Part shown: one piece after another, positions 37,130 through 47,234 of the stretch
Position numbering within the stretch: the stretch's first letter is position 1
Layout of the letters: each line of letters begins with the position of its first letter
From: a virus
Virus record (IMG/VR): IMGVR_UViG_3300045996_000592
Coordinates: 32,001-96,000 of that record
Reading direction: 5' to 3' (one strand)
DNA length: 64,000 nucleotides
Made by a program: the position numbers and the translations under genes
Notes under the pieces: model-generated
What the model was told of the DNA's origin: nothing
Databases searched by the model: none
The model's input: only the letters and a program-made list of their open reading frames with translations

Positions 37130-38890
37130 CTATCTGGCCGCCTTCTTTATTTTCTTCTGGGTGGTTACACCCTTGGTAGGATCGTAAGTAGTTGTCTCGT
37201 AACCGACGTCCTGACGGGCGAATTTCATGGCTTCCCCGGCATCTAACCCCTTACCCACATAATAGGCGAACCTGTCCTCGAGAGAAGGAGCAGAAGACCC
37301 CTGCCCCGGTAATGTCTGGGTGAACACCATCTCCGGAGTAACACCCTGTTTGAGGTACGGATTACCGTTATTGGTCACACCGATCCACGGGTTAGTCTGG
37401 TTCATCCAGTTGTAGTGTTTCTGCTCATCCGAGGCGGCGTTACGCAAACGGGCGTCCTCAGCCATGTAGTCACGGAAGGAGTTATTCTTATTCTGCTGGA
37501 AAGTAGCCATCTGGTCGTTATATACCTGGGCGTTCTGGGTGTTCAGCATGGCCTGTTTGTTGGCGGTCTCTGCGTGAGCCTGCGCCTCCTGGTTAGCTAC
37601 TCCTACGTTCAGGTTGTTGTACTTACCGAAAATATCCCCGACAGCCGGCAGCGCGTTACCCCATACAGAGGACAGGACAGAAGCAGCGGACTGTGGAGAA
37701 CCGAACTGGGCAGCCTGGTACGCCTGTGTGTTAGCAGTCTCAGCCACTTTAGCCAGCTCACGGGTAGGGTCAAAGTAGGTGAAGTCGGGAGCGGTCAGGT
37801 TGGTTACTGCTCTTACTGGTCCGTAGTTGTTAACGGGGGCGCCAGCGAGGTGTGCTATATAGCTGGCCATGGCTTCCTTACTCCACCCCTTACCCTGAGC
37901 CGGGGAAGTCTTTTCCGTCTTGGTTTTACCTTTAGACCCTTTTTCCTTAACTTCCATTTCCGAGGCAACTGCAGGGCTACCTGCATAAGGAACCATTTGA
38001 GTATATGCCACATTCGGGTCTACTGCTGCAGGAACGGTAGCCAGGTCTTCTTCGAGGTTCGGGGTAGACGGATGATACTGGGGGCTTGCAGGAAGGAAGG
38101 AACGTGCAGCCCACCTGCTCATATCAGGAAGTTCCTCTGGGGTAAGATTCTGGTCAAACCGGAACTCTCCTGTAGGGGCCTGCGGTGCCTTTACTATCCT
38201 CACCTTTTTAGTGTCTGTCTTATCAGAAGGTACTAGGCGAGGACCGTAAGGGGTCATAATTAGCTTATCCTTTGACGGTGCCCCTCCATTCTTAAAATAC
38301 CCGCCGTACTTGGCCTGTACTTCACCTGTGGCATTCACGCCGATCTGGGGTAATCCGTTGGGTAGCCCCTTCATGGCCTCTGTTATAGTAGCCAGTTGAG
38401 TCAGTTTCTCCAACCCGTTCTGATAGTTCATCTCTGCGGTCTTCTTGGCTGTCGGGTCAGCGTTTTCATCACCCATAACTGCCTTATATTCGTTCATCTT
38501 GTACTGCTTCGAGATATCAGCAGGCGTCATGGGTTTCGTTTTACCGAACAACGCCAGTAACTCAGGGTCTTTTATCTTCATCTTCTTGGTCTGAGGGAAG
38601 ATATATCCTGACATATTTCCGGCCGTACCACCTTCTGAGTGGGGTTTACCGCCGAAAGTAAAGAGATTTCCATCATCGCTTAAGAGTGTTTCATGACGTT
38701 CCGCCTCATAATTCTGCTCTTCTGTACTCACTGGCTGTAACGTAAAGTTCACCCCATAAGGGTTGTTATCCGTTCTTGGAGCGAAATCAGGACGGGTATC
38801 CAGTGAATAGGTCTGGGTAGACGGATTATAGACTTGGCCCCCGTACTTTAGTTCTGGAATACCGGTTATTTTTATCTTCTTCTTAGACAT
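37130..38890 (-). CDS. virion cargo protein
   Basis: 586 aa; NYEAERHE...GKPHSEGG motif, Q/N/A-rich coiled segment, KYGG motifs. Confidence 0.75.
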   Translation of the reverse strand: MSKKKIKITGIPELKYGGQVYNPSTQTYSLDTRPDFAPRTDNNPYGVNFTLQPVSTEEQNYEAERHETLLSDDGNLFTFGGKPHSEGGTAGNMSGYIFPQTKKMKIKDPELLALFGKTKPMTPADISKQYKMNEYKAVMGDENADPTAKKTAEMNYQNGLEKLTQLATITEAMKGLPNGLPQIGVNATGEVQAKYGGYFKNGGAPSKDKLIMTPYGPRLVPSDKTDTKKVRIVKAPQAPTGEFRFDQNLTPEELPDMSRWAARSFLPASPQYHPSTPNLEEDLATVPAAVDPNVAYTQMVPYAGSPAVASEMEVKEKGSKGKTKTEKTSPAQGKGWSKEAMASYIAHLAGAPVNNYGPVRAVTNLTAPDFTYFDPTRELAKVAETANTQAYQAAQFGSPQSAASVLSSVWGNALPAVGDIFGKYNNLNVGVANQEAQAHAETANKQAMLNTQNAQVYNDQMATFQQNKNNSFRDYMAEDARLRNAASDEQKHYNWMNQTNPWIGVTNNGNPYLKQGVTPEMVFTQTLPGQGSSAPSLEDRFAYYVGKGLDAGEAMKFARQDVGYETTTYDPTKGVTTQKKIKKAAR

Positions 38891-38893
38891 AGG

Positions 38894-39421
38894 TTAGTAT
38901 TTTATAAAACCGATCAACTTAGGGTCAGACATTTTCCTTACACGACGACACACTTCATACCCATCGCGAGAGGATTCATCGTTCGTATTACCTTCTATTG
39001 TATATATATTATCTCCCTCCATTCGCTCTACGACACCGATATGTCCCGTAGTAGAAGAGTATTTCATTACGAACTCGGAGCCCGGTGTAATGGCCACCTG
39101 GTTTTTCATTACCTGCTCCTTGGTCACCTTCTTGGTTTTATCGGTCCGGTTCCAGCGGTCAAGTACACCACCGGTCTTAACTACCGGGTTAGTTACCCCG
39201 AGTTGTTTGGAAGCCTGTAAATAACACCAATACGTAAAGGCTGCACACCAGGCGTAACCCCCCTTACTACCGAGGCCGACAGCTTCCTGATACTTTATAG
39301 AGTCTCCTTTATTAGTGTGCGCCTTATCCTCGGTCACTCCAAGTTGGGTGATAGCTATTTCGAGAGCTGTTTGGGATAATGTTTTCTTGCCGGCATTACT
39401 GAGTATTGCTGCTGGGTTCAT
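38894..39421 (-). CDS. CHAP-domain peptidoglycan hydrolase
   Basis: AWCAAF (Cys), GHIGVV (His), TIEGNT. Confidence 0.88.
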   Translation of the reverse strand: MNPAAILSNAGKKTLSQTALEIAITQLGVTEDKAHTNKGDSIKYQEAVGLGSKGGYAWCAAFTYWCYLQASKQLGVTNPVVKTGGVLDRWNRTDKTKKVTKEQVMKNQVAITPGSEFVMKYSSTTGHIGVVERMEGDNIYTIEGNTNDESSRDGYEVCRRVRKMSDPKLIGFIKY

Positions 39422-39440
39422 AAGATAGGGTTATTTTGGT

Positions 39441-40709
39441 TTATAATTCTTCAATAGTATATCCGAGGGCGCGGAGACGTTTTATCTCATCTGGTGTGGC
39501 CTCAAACTCTCCGCCGAGTTCGTATTTTCGGGAGCCATCCGGGTTATACAGTTTATTACTCACCTCCTCATCACTCGCCCACATAGGTATGTTCTGACTG
39601 TTACTGTACCATCCTTTCTGTTGTATAGGAGGTAGTGCAGGAACAGGTACAGGAGACATCTGTTGTGGGGTGATAGTAGGTTGAGTTCCTATAGGTAGTT
39701 TTTGTAAGGGTTGACCTACTATTACTTTTTGTTTAGGTTGTAAACTTGGAGTAATATACCCAGCCCCTACCTTTTTAGCAGCCTCTACATACTTTTCTAA
39801 GTTTTCTTTTGTTGCTGGTAACATACCTATAGTATACGCAGAAAGACTATCCTGATAAGCCCTATATCTTGGGTCATTAGGAGAGTCTACATAGATAGGT
39901 TGTTTGGTCTTACCCCCTCCCTTGAACATACCACCCATCTCCCCGTAAAACCCGGGAGTCATCTGGTCAGGGCGGAACGCACCTAACGCAGTACCCGTAG
40001 GAACGTAATCTCCTTTAGCGCCGGGAGCATTAACTCGGGCGAAGGCGTTATCACTCATCCCGGCCTCACGTTGTGCGCCTTCATTATAACGCTGCTGTCT
40101 CATTGAGTTGAACATGTTACCCGTAGCTACTGCTGCAGCCCACATATTACCATTACCGTGAGTCCACGGGTTCCACCCCTTCTGAGGCTTACTCTGCTGG
40201 GTTTGTGGTTGTGCGTTATAGTCCTGATGCTCATTAGGATCATTGAATCCTGATGCATCCTGCATCTGGCCTTCTTCCCCTGGCTTAGAGGCGTATTCAG
40301 AAGATAGCGGCTGGCTCATCTCCCCCGGATTCTGCTGACGATACTCACTATACTTTTCAGTACGCTCCTGTGCGTTAGGGTCTGGGTTTGGTTGGCTCTG
40401 TGGAAGGGCAGGAGCTGGCTGTTCGTTAGCGAACGCACCCTGCCCCCACGGATTTACACCACCACCTTCATACTTAGGATAACCCCCGTACTTCATATAC
40501 TGCTGGAAGTTCATGTTAGAGGTGGCCGGGTTGTAGTTATTGAGGTCTACCTCACAACCGTAGTTGCCACCCATAGCGTAGTTCTTAGGGTTACGGATCT
40601 GCTTCAGATCGTTAAGGATCATGGCGGCGTAATCCGGTACCACTCCTTCGTGGGCAAAAAACCCGCCGGACTGGGGACCGTAGGTAGAACCTTTTTTCTT
40701 TTTGGTCAT
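39441..40709 (-). CDS. low-complexity virion cargo protein with repeated xxxGG motifs
   Basis: Likely ATG at 40709 (frame open to 40769); Q/P/G-rich; YAMGG, MKYGG, YEGGG, FKGGG, YELGG. Confidence 0.7.
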   Translation of the reverse strand: MTKKKKGSTYGPQSGGFFAHEGVVPDYAAMILNDLKQIRNPKNYAMGGNYGCEVDLNNYNPATSNMNFQQYMKYGGYPKYEGGGVNPWGQGAFANEQPAPALPQSQPNPDPNAQERTEKYSEYRQQNPGEMSQPLSSEYASKPGEEGQMQDASGFNDPNEHQDYNAQPQTQQSKPQKGWNPWTHGNGNMWAAAVATGNMFNSMRQQRYNEGAQREAGMSDNAFARVNAPGAKGDYVPTGTALGAFRPDQMTPGFYGEMGGMFKGGGKTKQPIYVDSPNDPRYRAYQDSLSAYTIGMLPATKENLEKYVEAAKKVGAGYITPSLQPKQKVIVGQPLQKLPIGTQPTITPQQMSPVPVPALPPIQQKGWYSNSQNIPMWASDEEVSNKLYNPDGSRKYELGGEFEATPDEIKRLRALGYTIEEL

Positions 40710-40711
40710 GT

Positions 40712-40990
40712 CTATATTAGTTTGTCCTCCTGTTTGATAACCCTCTGTTCCATTTGTACCAACTCCCAAACCTCACAGAGCTCTATGATATCGAACTCGA
40801 AGGAGTCCTCACCGTACTTATTCCAGGCGTGCTGGAGATGAGTATTTTCATGATAATTATATTTTAGAGTCTTCCTGTGGTTCCCCCAACGGGCTTTGAA
40901 GTTATTAGTATAACCAATATATCTTTTACCGTCAACCTTATTAGTAATACAGTATATACCGGACAACTTCCAGATTTCTCTTTCAGTCAT
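40712..40990 (-). pseudogene. truncated GIY-YIG endonuclease (catalytic-domain fragment)
   Basis: GIYCI...RYIG, R and E present, but the ORF ends before the conserved Asn and has no DNA-binding tail; 92 aa. Confidence 0.7.
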
Positions 40991-41002
40991 GTTGATAAGG
41001 TA

Positions 41003-41128
41003 AGAACCTAACCCACGGAGAGCTACCCGTTATCATCCAGAGAGAGAGGAAGAGAAAGGCTCCGCAGGTTAAGTCCTGAATATTTTTAGTAGGGTTATTA
41101 TCTTGTAGAAAGAGATAACGTAGTAGCT
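41003..41128 (-). ncRNA. structured 5' leader of the GIY-YIG gene (18-bp stem plus 5'-to-loop pairing)
   Basis: Arms 41060-41077 and 41003-41020 pair fully on the minus strand with 4 G.U pairs; 41114-41128 is complementary to loop segment 41021-41034. Confidence 0.55.
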
Positions 41129-41132
41129 ACTA

Positions 41133-41163
41133 ATAATATACTGAAAATACCTGGGATGTCAAA
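41133..41163 (-). promoter_or_regulatory. putative promoter
   Basis: TTTG(ACA)-N19-TATATTAT immediately after the muzzle gene stop. Confidence 0.6.
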
Positions 41164-41166
41164 GAA

Positions 41167-44100
41167 CTAACGAGGGGAGTACTGAGCCCCGCTACGAGAA
41201 AAGTACAGGATATAATTCTTTTCATCACTCACCTTCCGACGTAAAAAAATATTAACAGCACGACTTCTTATCTTAATCCTTTCGAACTCACTCTTTAAAA
41301 CATCTACGTAGAGCGGGTTAACCGTCCAGGTATAACCATTAGCGTCTGTCACGAAGGGCTCGGTAGTTACATTCCTGTCGTTAGTAATATCCCATAGCGC
41401 AGAGAACCTTCTCCAGTCTTCCTTCCACGAGTACAGGATACTGTTAGCTGAAAGACCAATGATCGGATACACACTATCGGCGTAAGGGTCGTTAGATTTT
41501 GGGAAGAGGTTCAACCACTGGCTTATTTGTGAATCGGTGAACACCAGCGCCTGGTCAAAGTTCTCTGAAGGGTACTGGTACTTATCGCTACTGTTAGCGC
41601 CGTATTTCAGGACGTCCAACCTGTACTCCACATTCCGCAGGGTAGTATTATCAACCCCTGATCTTACCGGGTATATAACTTCGAAAGGATAATCCACCCC
41701 GTAGAAATTGCAATATAGATCGGTACGTTCGTTATGGCGCCACAGACCCCTATCCTGAGTAGTGAGGAAGTGACGGGATGTTTCGATGTTATATGAGGGG
41801 TGCCAGTCATGGTAACTCGCCCACGCTTTATTCTTACATGAGTATGACACCGTCCAGCTGGCATCCTCAAAATACAAGGGGTCTCCTAACTGAACGTAAA
41901 CCGGCGCGGGCCCACCAGCAGGTCCGTAAATAACACACAGGGGATTACCCGATGAGTCATAACCGGCAAAACCTGACCCGGGAGGACACGGCCCCAGGCT
42001 GAACCCCTTACCGGGAACATAGGTCATCGGTTCCTTTGGTTTGTAGTCTTTCTTACAGATGTACAGGGTCTCGTTCATGCTGTCGTAGATACACTGTACC
42101 CCGACACCGATAACCGGGTTGTCTATGTGGGGATAGGCCGGAAACGTGGTGGCGATATAAGAAGGAAGGTACTTGGCGAACCAGTACTTCATCCCGTCTT
42201 TCGCAATCTCGTTCAGCCCTTCCCCGGAATAGTGGAACACCTTCCCTGCTTGCTGGCTTACCCAGAATATACCGAAGGGAGTAGAGATAATACTCATCCT
42301 CGACCGGCAGTTGGCGTACTGGAAGGACTTATCCGCGTTGACAATATTCTGTAACGGCTGGTTGAACAGTCCGCCGTCCCCTATGGTTATCTTGGTGTTA
42401 CCTGAGGTCTGGAGTGTGTCTGAACCATATACCATCAAAGGACTCTCTTCTTTCTGGAAGAACAGGGAGCCGGTCTTGTTGACACCCTTTATCGCTGTGA
42501 CCGGGGTATTGAAGTCTTTGTAGTTGTTGGCTAGGAACACCCGCCAGTTATCTTTACGGAACTCCTCGGACTGAGGCAGGCTGTACGCCACTCGGCGGGG
42601 ATAATACTGGAAACAGGTGTAGGCCAGATCCGGATCATAATCCCTTCCAAGTGTCCTACCAAATGATATATACTGGGTGTAGAACTTATTCACCCCGAGG
42701 GATGGGTCCAGCTTGTAGAACGGTTCCGCCTTCATGTTATCCGACCGGAACATATAATCCGTGTCCGTGAAGGTATAAGGATCGTAAAATCTCTTGGTTA
42801 TGTCGTCTTCCCAGTCCCTGTAGTGCGCCGGCGCCTCAGCTTCTACGAAGAAATCACGTACCCCATTACAGGACAGGTAGAAGTACCCCTTGGCCACGTA
42901 GAACGGGCTTACCGTTAACCCCGCGGAAATACTACCACCAAAGGTATGGACATCTAAATGTCTGTATCTATGAGCTACGTTCAGGAGGTCCGAGTAAATC
43001 TTCCGGTTATCCATCCAGTAACATGGGTAAGGGATATTAATGTAGTTCCTGTAGTCGTATGCGTAGTCCTCAGATTCTCCAAGTAACCAGTCGTTAAAAA
43101 ACAGGAATGGATTTTTCTCAGTATAACGAACCACGTATGTATCACCACCAAACAATATGTCCGTATTTACCGGTTGCGTGGGATTGGCCGGCAGTACACA
43201 GGATATTGGTAATTGGCGCGGAGAGTCTACCTGTCCGTACTGAGTAGCAAGGTTGAACTTGATACCACCATAGTAGCAGGAAGCGTCCCGATACACGGTA
43301 AAGAAAGAGCTCTTGATATTCGAAGACCCTGCAGCCAGACCATCGGTCTTTAAGGTAAACCGGGTGGTATCCTGCAGAGTTGGATCTGATAACAGGTAAG
43401 GTGTACCGGCAGTCGTAGTTAACTGTACAACCAGGTATGGGTTCCTGAACAGGTTATTTATCGTGAACTGCGAGAAGCTGGATATATGTCCGGAAATATA
43501 CTGGTAGTTACTCACTACTCCGGTTGGGGCCGTAGCCGCAGGTAGGTACCGGAAGTTATGATAAAGAGCGTGAGAGTTATACTGCGCGGAGTATTGGACG
43601 CCGGGAATCAACCCTGATATTACTCTTAATATTTGTTCAGACACAACCTTGAACTGGATCGGCGCTATTAGTGCAGCCATTATCCCGTTATACGCTACCT
43701 GGGCTAAATAGACAGGTGTAGATAAAGCTCCGAGCGCGTCACTTGGGTAGTTCGTGTTTATCATCAACGGAGTCTGCCACGGAATATCTGAGGTGCTGTC
43801 CAACTTTAGATCATACCCTGTAACAGCCGCTACTATAGGGGCTATCGCAGCCATCGTCCCTATGATAATACCAATCACGCTGTCAAAATCCGTAGGTGTC
43901 TTGAACATCGGGTGACGGTAAGGGACCGTAAACGCACCTTCACTCCTACCATTCAATTCCTGGTAGATCTTGAAACCCGGCTCCCCTAAGAACGGACGGT
44001 TGAATGTAGTATCGGGACTATGGAAGGAGAATATGTCTTTCCTGTACGCTGACAGGGGTGCGGTATTCTTATCGTTAACACTGCCTTGGTCTATCTGGTT

Positions 44101-45810
44101 CTTATCCGCTGTCAGGAACGGATCAGGTCTGAGGTCGTTAAAAGGATAGTTCTGGTATAACCCTTTTTGTGATGAGCCGGGAATATCATACTCCCTCATG
44201 TTGTTCCACATACCCTTAGCAATAACAGTCTTGTTACCTTCACGGGAACCGCGGAGTATCTCGTAACCCACTATGTTCGGGATAGGAACATTATTGTTAT
44301 CTACAGGGTGCTGTATGTTCTCGAAAAACACCCCTAGTACCCGGATCACGTTCTGGCCGGTAGGGGCCTGCATGAAGTGGGTCAGCTCCGGGTTAACCGT
44401 TTGGTCGGGAAACTTATGATGCCTGATCTTCTTACCGCAAAGGTCCCATTCCGGGTGGCCGAGAACATTCGAGTTCCACACGTTCGGTTTATCATCAGGG
44501 TAAATGTCCTGAGACTCCCAGAACCCCATGAGACCGGTAGACTTTATCACACCGCCGTCCGCGGTAGTACCTAAACCACCGGTTACGATAAGGCTCTGCA
44601 CCTGCGCGGTATTTATGGTCTGCCACCCTGTGTCCCACGCGGGGTTAAAAGCTCTACCCGGTATATGGTAAGATGCAGATTTATCACCGGTAGTGTATAC
44701 CCATCTTATCCAGTAGCAGTACTGCTCATCCCTAAGATAGGCGTAGTTATTACCGCCGTTCCTGTAGTACCGTTCGTCGTATTCTACACACGCCCACTTA
44801 GCCGTGATCTGGTTAGCTAACGGTTGGTAGTTAAAATCAGGTTTAGTGTAGATGCCGTTCCTGAGCAGGTAGTTGTTTATCGACCAGATACTGTCCGATT
44901 TTTCGTAGGCCGGCGTTTGTAACGGAATGAGGCTGATGTCTACCGTTGGTAGTGTAGCGTCTATGTTGTCTATGTAGATGGTCTTCTCATGCGTGGAGAA
45001 GATACCGAGTCTTTTAGCCTGCAGCTGGGAGTTCACAAAGGAGATAACGACTACCTCCATCTCGTTGAACTCGTCATCCGTCCCATCTACGCTAAGAGTT
45101 ACTGCACCAGCGATATTACCGTGGGCCCAGATAGCCTGTGGGTTGGATACACACAGGTAGTCTGTTACCTTGATAGAGTTTACCGCATAAGCGATCGCCA
45201 CCTGGTAAGTGCCGTTCGGAAGTGTCCCTGACCCGGCCGCTTTATTCAACCTGAGGCAGGGAATATTCAGCAGCGGGGCTATCCGTAACTTATCACAGTC
45301 GAGAACAGTCGTGTTGACACAAGTGATACATCCGCCTACTGTGGTGCAATTCTGTACCCATGGTACGTTAGCGGTATCCATCACCCTGTCGGGGTTCCTG
45401 CCGCCGTCTGACCAGTACACATTAAATCCGCAGTTATAGTTCCTGCGGGCTGCGCCGGTTATCAGGTTCTGCCGGTTAAAGTTCAGGCAAGACTGGTTAT
45501 TGGTAAGGCTGGTGTAGGTACACTGTGAGGTATCGGCTATACCGATCTCAGAGTTAATGTCGTCTGTAGTAAATACCACCCATTGGTCACCTTCTAACGG
45601 TATAGCGCCGATCAGGGTGTACGGCAGGTTCATACAGAACTTCGTGGCCTGTTCATTACTGAGGGTATAATAATCCCCGGTATGGCTGTTAACCACGGCG
45701 TTCCGGGCAAAAGAATACGCCCCCTCGGGTAAGAAGGTACCACTCTCATCTTTTCTCATTCCTTTATAGAACGAGTTTATAGGCTGACCGTTATTTGTAT
45801 TCTCTGACAA
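41167..45810 (-). CDS. tail stabilization / muzzle protein (crAss Tstab-like)
   Basis: 1547 aa, beta-rich; F.KGM.KD...AVVN...LSNE N-terminus, GGDTY, WTVSY...WASYHDW; lies between ring proteins and cargo genes; TTG start. Confidence 0.8.
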   Translation of the reverse strand: MSENTNNGQPINSFYKGMRKDESGTFLPEGAYSFARNAVVNSHTGDYYTLSNEQATKFCMNLPYTLIGAIPLEGDQWVVFTTDDINSEIGIADTSQCTYTSLTNNQSCLNFNRQNLITGAARRNYNCGFNVYWSDGGRNPDRVMDTANVPWVQNCTTVGGCITCVNTTVLDCDKLRIAPLLNIPCLRLNKAAGSGTLPNGTYQVAIAYAVNSIKVTDYLCVSNPQAIWAHGNIAGAVTLSVDGTDDEFNEMEVVVISFVNSQLQAKRLGIFSTHEKTIYIDNIDATLPTVDISLIPLQTPAYEKSDSIWSINNYLLRNGIYTKPDFNYQPLANQITAKWACVEYDERYYRNGGNNYAYLRDEQYCYWIRWVYTTGDKSASYHIPGRAFNPAWDTGWQTINTAQVQSLIVTGGLGTTADGGVIKSTGLMGFWESQDIYPDDKPNVWNSNVLGHPEWDLCGKKIRHHKFPDQTVNPELTHFMQAPTGQNVIRVLGVFFENIQHPVDNNNVPIPNIVGYEILRGSREGNKTVIAKGMWNNMREYDIPGSSQKGLYQNYPFNDLRPDPFLTADKNQIDQGSVNDKNTAPLSAYRKDIFSFHSPDTTFNRPFLGEPGFKIYQELNGRSEGAFTVPYRHPMFKTPTDFDSVIGIIIGTMAAIAPIVAAVTGYDLKLDSTSDIPWQTPLMINTNYPSDALGALSTPVYLAQVAYNGIMAALIAPIQFKVVSEQILRVISGLIPGVQYSAQYNSHALYHNFRYLPAATAPTGVVSNYQYISGHISSFSQFTINNLFRNPYLVVQLTTTAGTPYLLSDPTLQDTTRFTLKTDGLAAGSSNIKSSFFTVYRDASCYYGGIKFNLATQYGQVDSPRQLPISCVLPANPTQPVNTDILFGGDTYVVRYTEKNPFLFFNDWLLGESEDYAYDYRNYINIPYPCYWMDNRKIYSDLLNVAHRYRHLDVHTFGGSISAGLTVSPFYVAKGYFYLSCNGVRDFFVEAEAPAHYRDWEDDITKRFYDPYTFTDTDYMFRSDNMKAEPFYKLDPSLGVNKFYTQYISFGRTLGRDYDPDLAYTCFQYYPRRVAYSLPQSEEFRKDNWRVFLANNYKDFNTPVTAIKGVNKTGSLFFQKEESPLMVYGSDTLQTSGNTKITIGDGGLFNQPLQNIVNADKSFQYANCRSRMSIISTPFGIFWVSQQAGKVFHYSGEGLNEIAKDGMKYWFAKYLPSYIATTFPAYPHIDNPVIGVGVQCIYDSMNETLYICKKDYKPKEPMTYVPGKGFSLGPCPPGSGFAGYDSSGNPLCVIYGPAGGPAPVYVQLGDPLYFEDASWTVSYSCKNKAWASYHDWHPSYNIETSRHFLTTQDRGLWRHNERTDLYCNFYGVDYPFEVIYPVRSGVDNTTLRNVEYRLDVLKYGANSSDKYQYPSENFDQALVFTDSQISQWLNLFPKSNDPYADSVYPIIGLSANSILYSWKEDWRRFSALWDITNDRNVTTEPFVTDANGYTWTVNPLYVDVLKSEFERIKIRSRAVNIFLRRKVSDEKNYILYFSRSGAQYSPR

Positions 45811-45832
45811 GGGTAGGGGGTGATTTTCCCGG

Positions 45833-45863
45833 GTTGGTTATTTAAGAACTTTATTTACTTTTA
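45833..45863 (+). promoter_or_regulatory. putative promoter of the lipoprotein cassette
   Basis: GTTG-N19-TACTTTTA about 20 nt upstream of ATG 45885. Confidence 0.4.
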
Positions 45864-45884
45864 CTCTCTAAACTTTTTGTCCAC

Positions 45885-46307
45885 ATGAGGAACTTCATTC
45901 TTTTATTCTTGTTGTCAGTAGTGGTCGGGTGTACTAAAAAATCTTCTTCGACTTCACCATCACTTAATACTACAGAAACTAAACTGGTGGGAACCTGGTT
46001 CAAGACTAAGGAAATCGACACGACCGGGTTAGGTGTTCAGACTCACACTTACAGCGGGAATACTAATTACCTTCAGTTTAAAGAAGAATCCTACGGCTAC
46101 ACAAAGGACTCTAAACTCCTGATCTATGCTCCAACTTTACTGATAGACGCCGGTACTACAGGTGGTACAACAGGACAGGGTTACTGGTATTATGATGACG
46201 CTACTTCCTATCTCACTATGGTCACCAAGAAGGTGAAAATAGTTAGTATTACGAGTTCCGATTTAGTACTGCAGGTAGACCACTCGTTGTTGTACTACAA
46301 AAAATAA
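45885..46307 (+). CDS. lipoprotein with a lipocalin-like domain
   Basis: MRNFILLFLLSVVVG-C lipobox; KLVGTW and I.SITSSDLVL signatures. Confidence 0.8.
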   Translation: MRNFILLFLLSVVVGCTKKSSSTSPSLNTTETKLVGTWFKTKEIDTTGLGVQTHTYSGNTNYLQFKEESYGYTKDSKLLIYAPTLLIDAGTTGGTTGQGYWYYDDATSYLTMVTKKVKIVSITSSDLVLQVDHSLLYYKK

Positions 46308-46319
46308 AGAACTCTCCCG

Positions 46320-46877
46320 GTGACGAACTTGGTCAATATTAAGGTCTCTACACCTTTGACTCCAATAGAGGAGTTCAAGAAACAGATAGGACTGAATGTG
46401 ATTCAGTTCAATAAAACCACAAATAGTACCCACCAATTCGCTACACTACCAAACGGCCGGTCTATTTTTATGTCCACCATAGACAGTGCGAAACCCTTAT
46501 ATATTTCGGCCCTCACAGGACTTCCAAATAGACCAGACCTCATGGGTGTGCTGTGGGTAGTTAATAAGAACTCTGCCGGAGAAGGCTTTGTTTCACTGGA
46601 TGCTTCCCTTATTAATAAGATGATAGGTTTTAGGGATTACTATCGCTCAGTCGGTGGAAAAGAAGTTACTGTCAAAAGACATTTAGTACCAGGGAAGGGG
46701 TATCAAAAGCTGGTAGTACTTCAGTCCCGACTTCCTCAAACAGTTTACTTCCAGCTATCGCATACAGTTCCGACAAACATTAACTCATCCTTATTCACAG
46801 ATCCGACTTATTTTGTGTTCTTCAGTGATGACAACGGTTGGTGGTTGACCAAACAGAATCTGGGTGTTGTTTTATAA
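46320..46877 (+). CDS. hypothetical protein
   Basis: 185 aa, GTG start, co-oriented with the lipoprotein gene. Confidence 0.65.
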   Translation: MTNLVNIKVSTPLTPIEEFKKQIGLNVIQFNKTTNSTHQFATLPNGRSIFMSTIDSAKPLYISALTGLPNRPDLMGVLWVVNKNSAGEGFVSLDASLINKMIGFRDYYRSVGGKEVTVKRHLVPGKGYQKLVVLQSRLPQTVYFQLSHTVPTNINSSLFTDPTYFVFFSDDNGWWLTKQNLGVVL

Positions 46878-46880
46878 AAC

Positions 46881-47234
46881 TCAAAGAACTTCTATCTCTT
46901 TACTTTTCAGGTACCCAAACACCCTCTCAGCTATAAACCCGGCTGTCCACGCGGAAGACTCTTCCTCGAAGATATTACGGTCCCTCATTAGCTGTGTGGC
47001 CGCGTGATACAACTCATGGACAACAGTGTTATACGTGAGGTGGTTCTCATCTATCACTATATGGTAGAGGTCCATCGAGAAGGTTATCATCATCCCTGCA
47101 ACCGTGTCCTTATAAACCTGGTTGGTGTTATGTTTCCTGAATATCCGGTTGATCACCTTACGCGCATCCCGGGCTACTGTGAAGTGTACCTTAGCTGCGT
47201 ATAGCGGTATATCGAACGTTACGGATATCTTCAT
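46881..47234 (-). CDS. small HExxH metallopeptidase-like protein
   Basis: VVHELYHA...EEESSAW. Confidence 0.7.
   Translation of the reverse strand: MKISVTFDIPLYAAKVHFTVARDARKVINRIFRKHNTNQVYKDTVAGMMITFSMDLYHIVIDENHLTYNTVVHELYHAATQLMRDRNIFEEESSAWTAGFIAERVFGYLKSKEIEVL

Noticed and set aside
15713-45439. Numerous + strand ORFs (60-273 aa) opposite the large structural genes
   Set aside because: Shadow ORFs fully antisense to long genes, with no recognisable motifs
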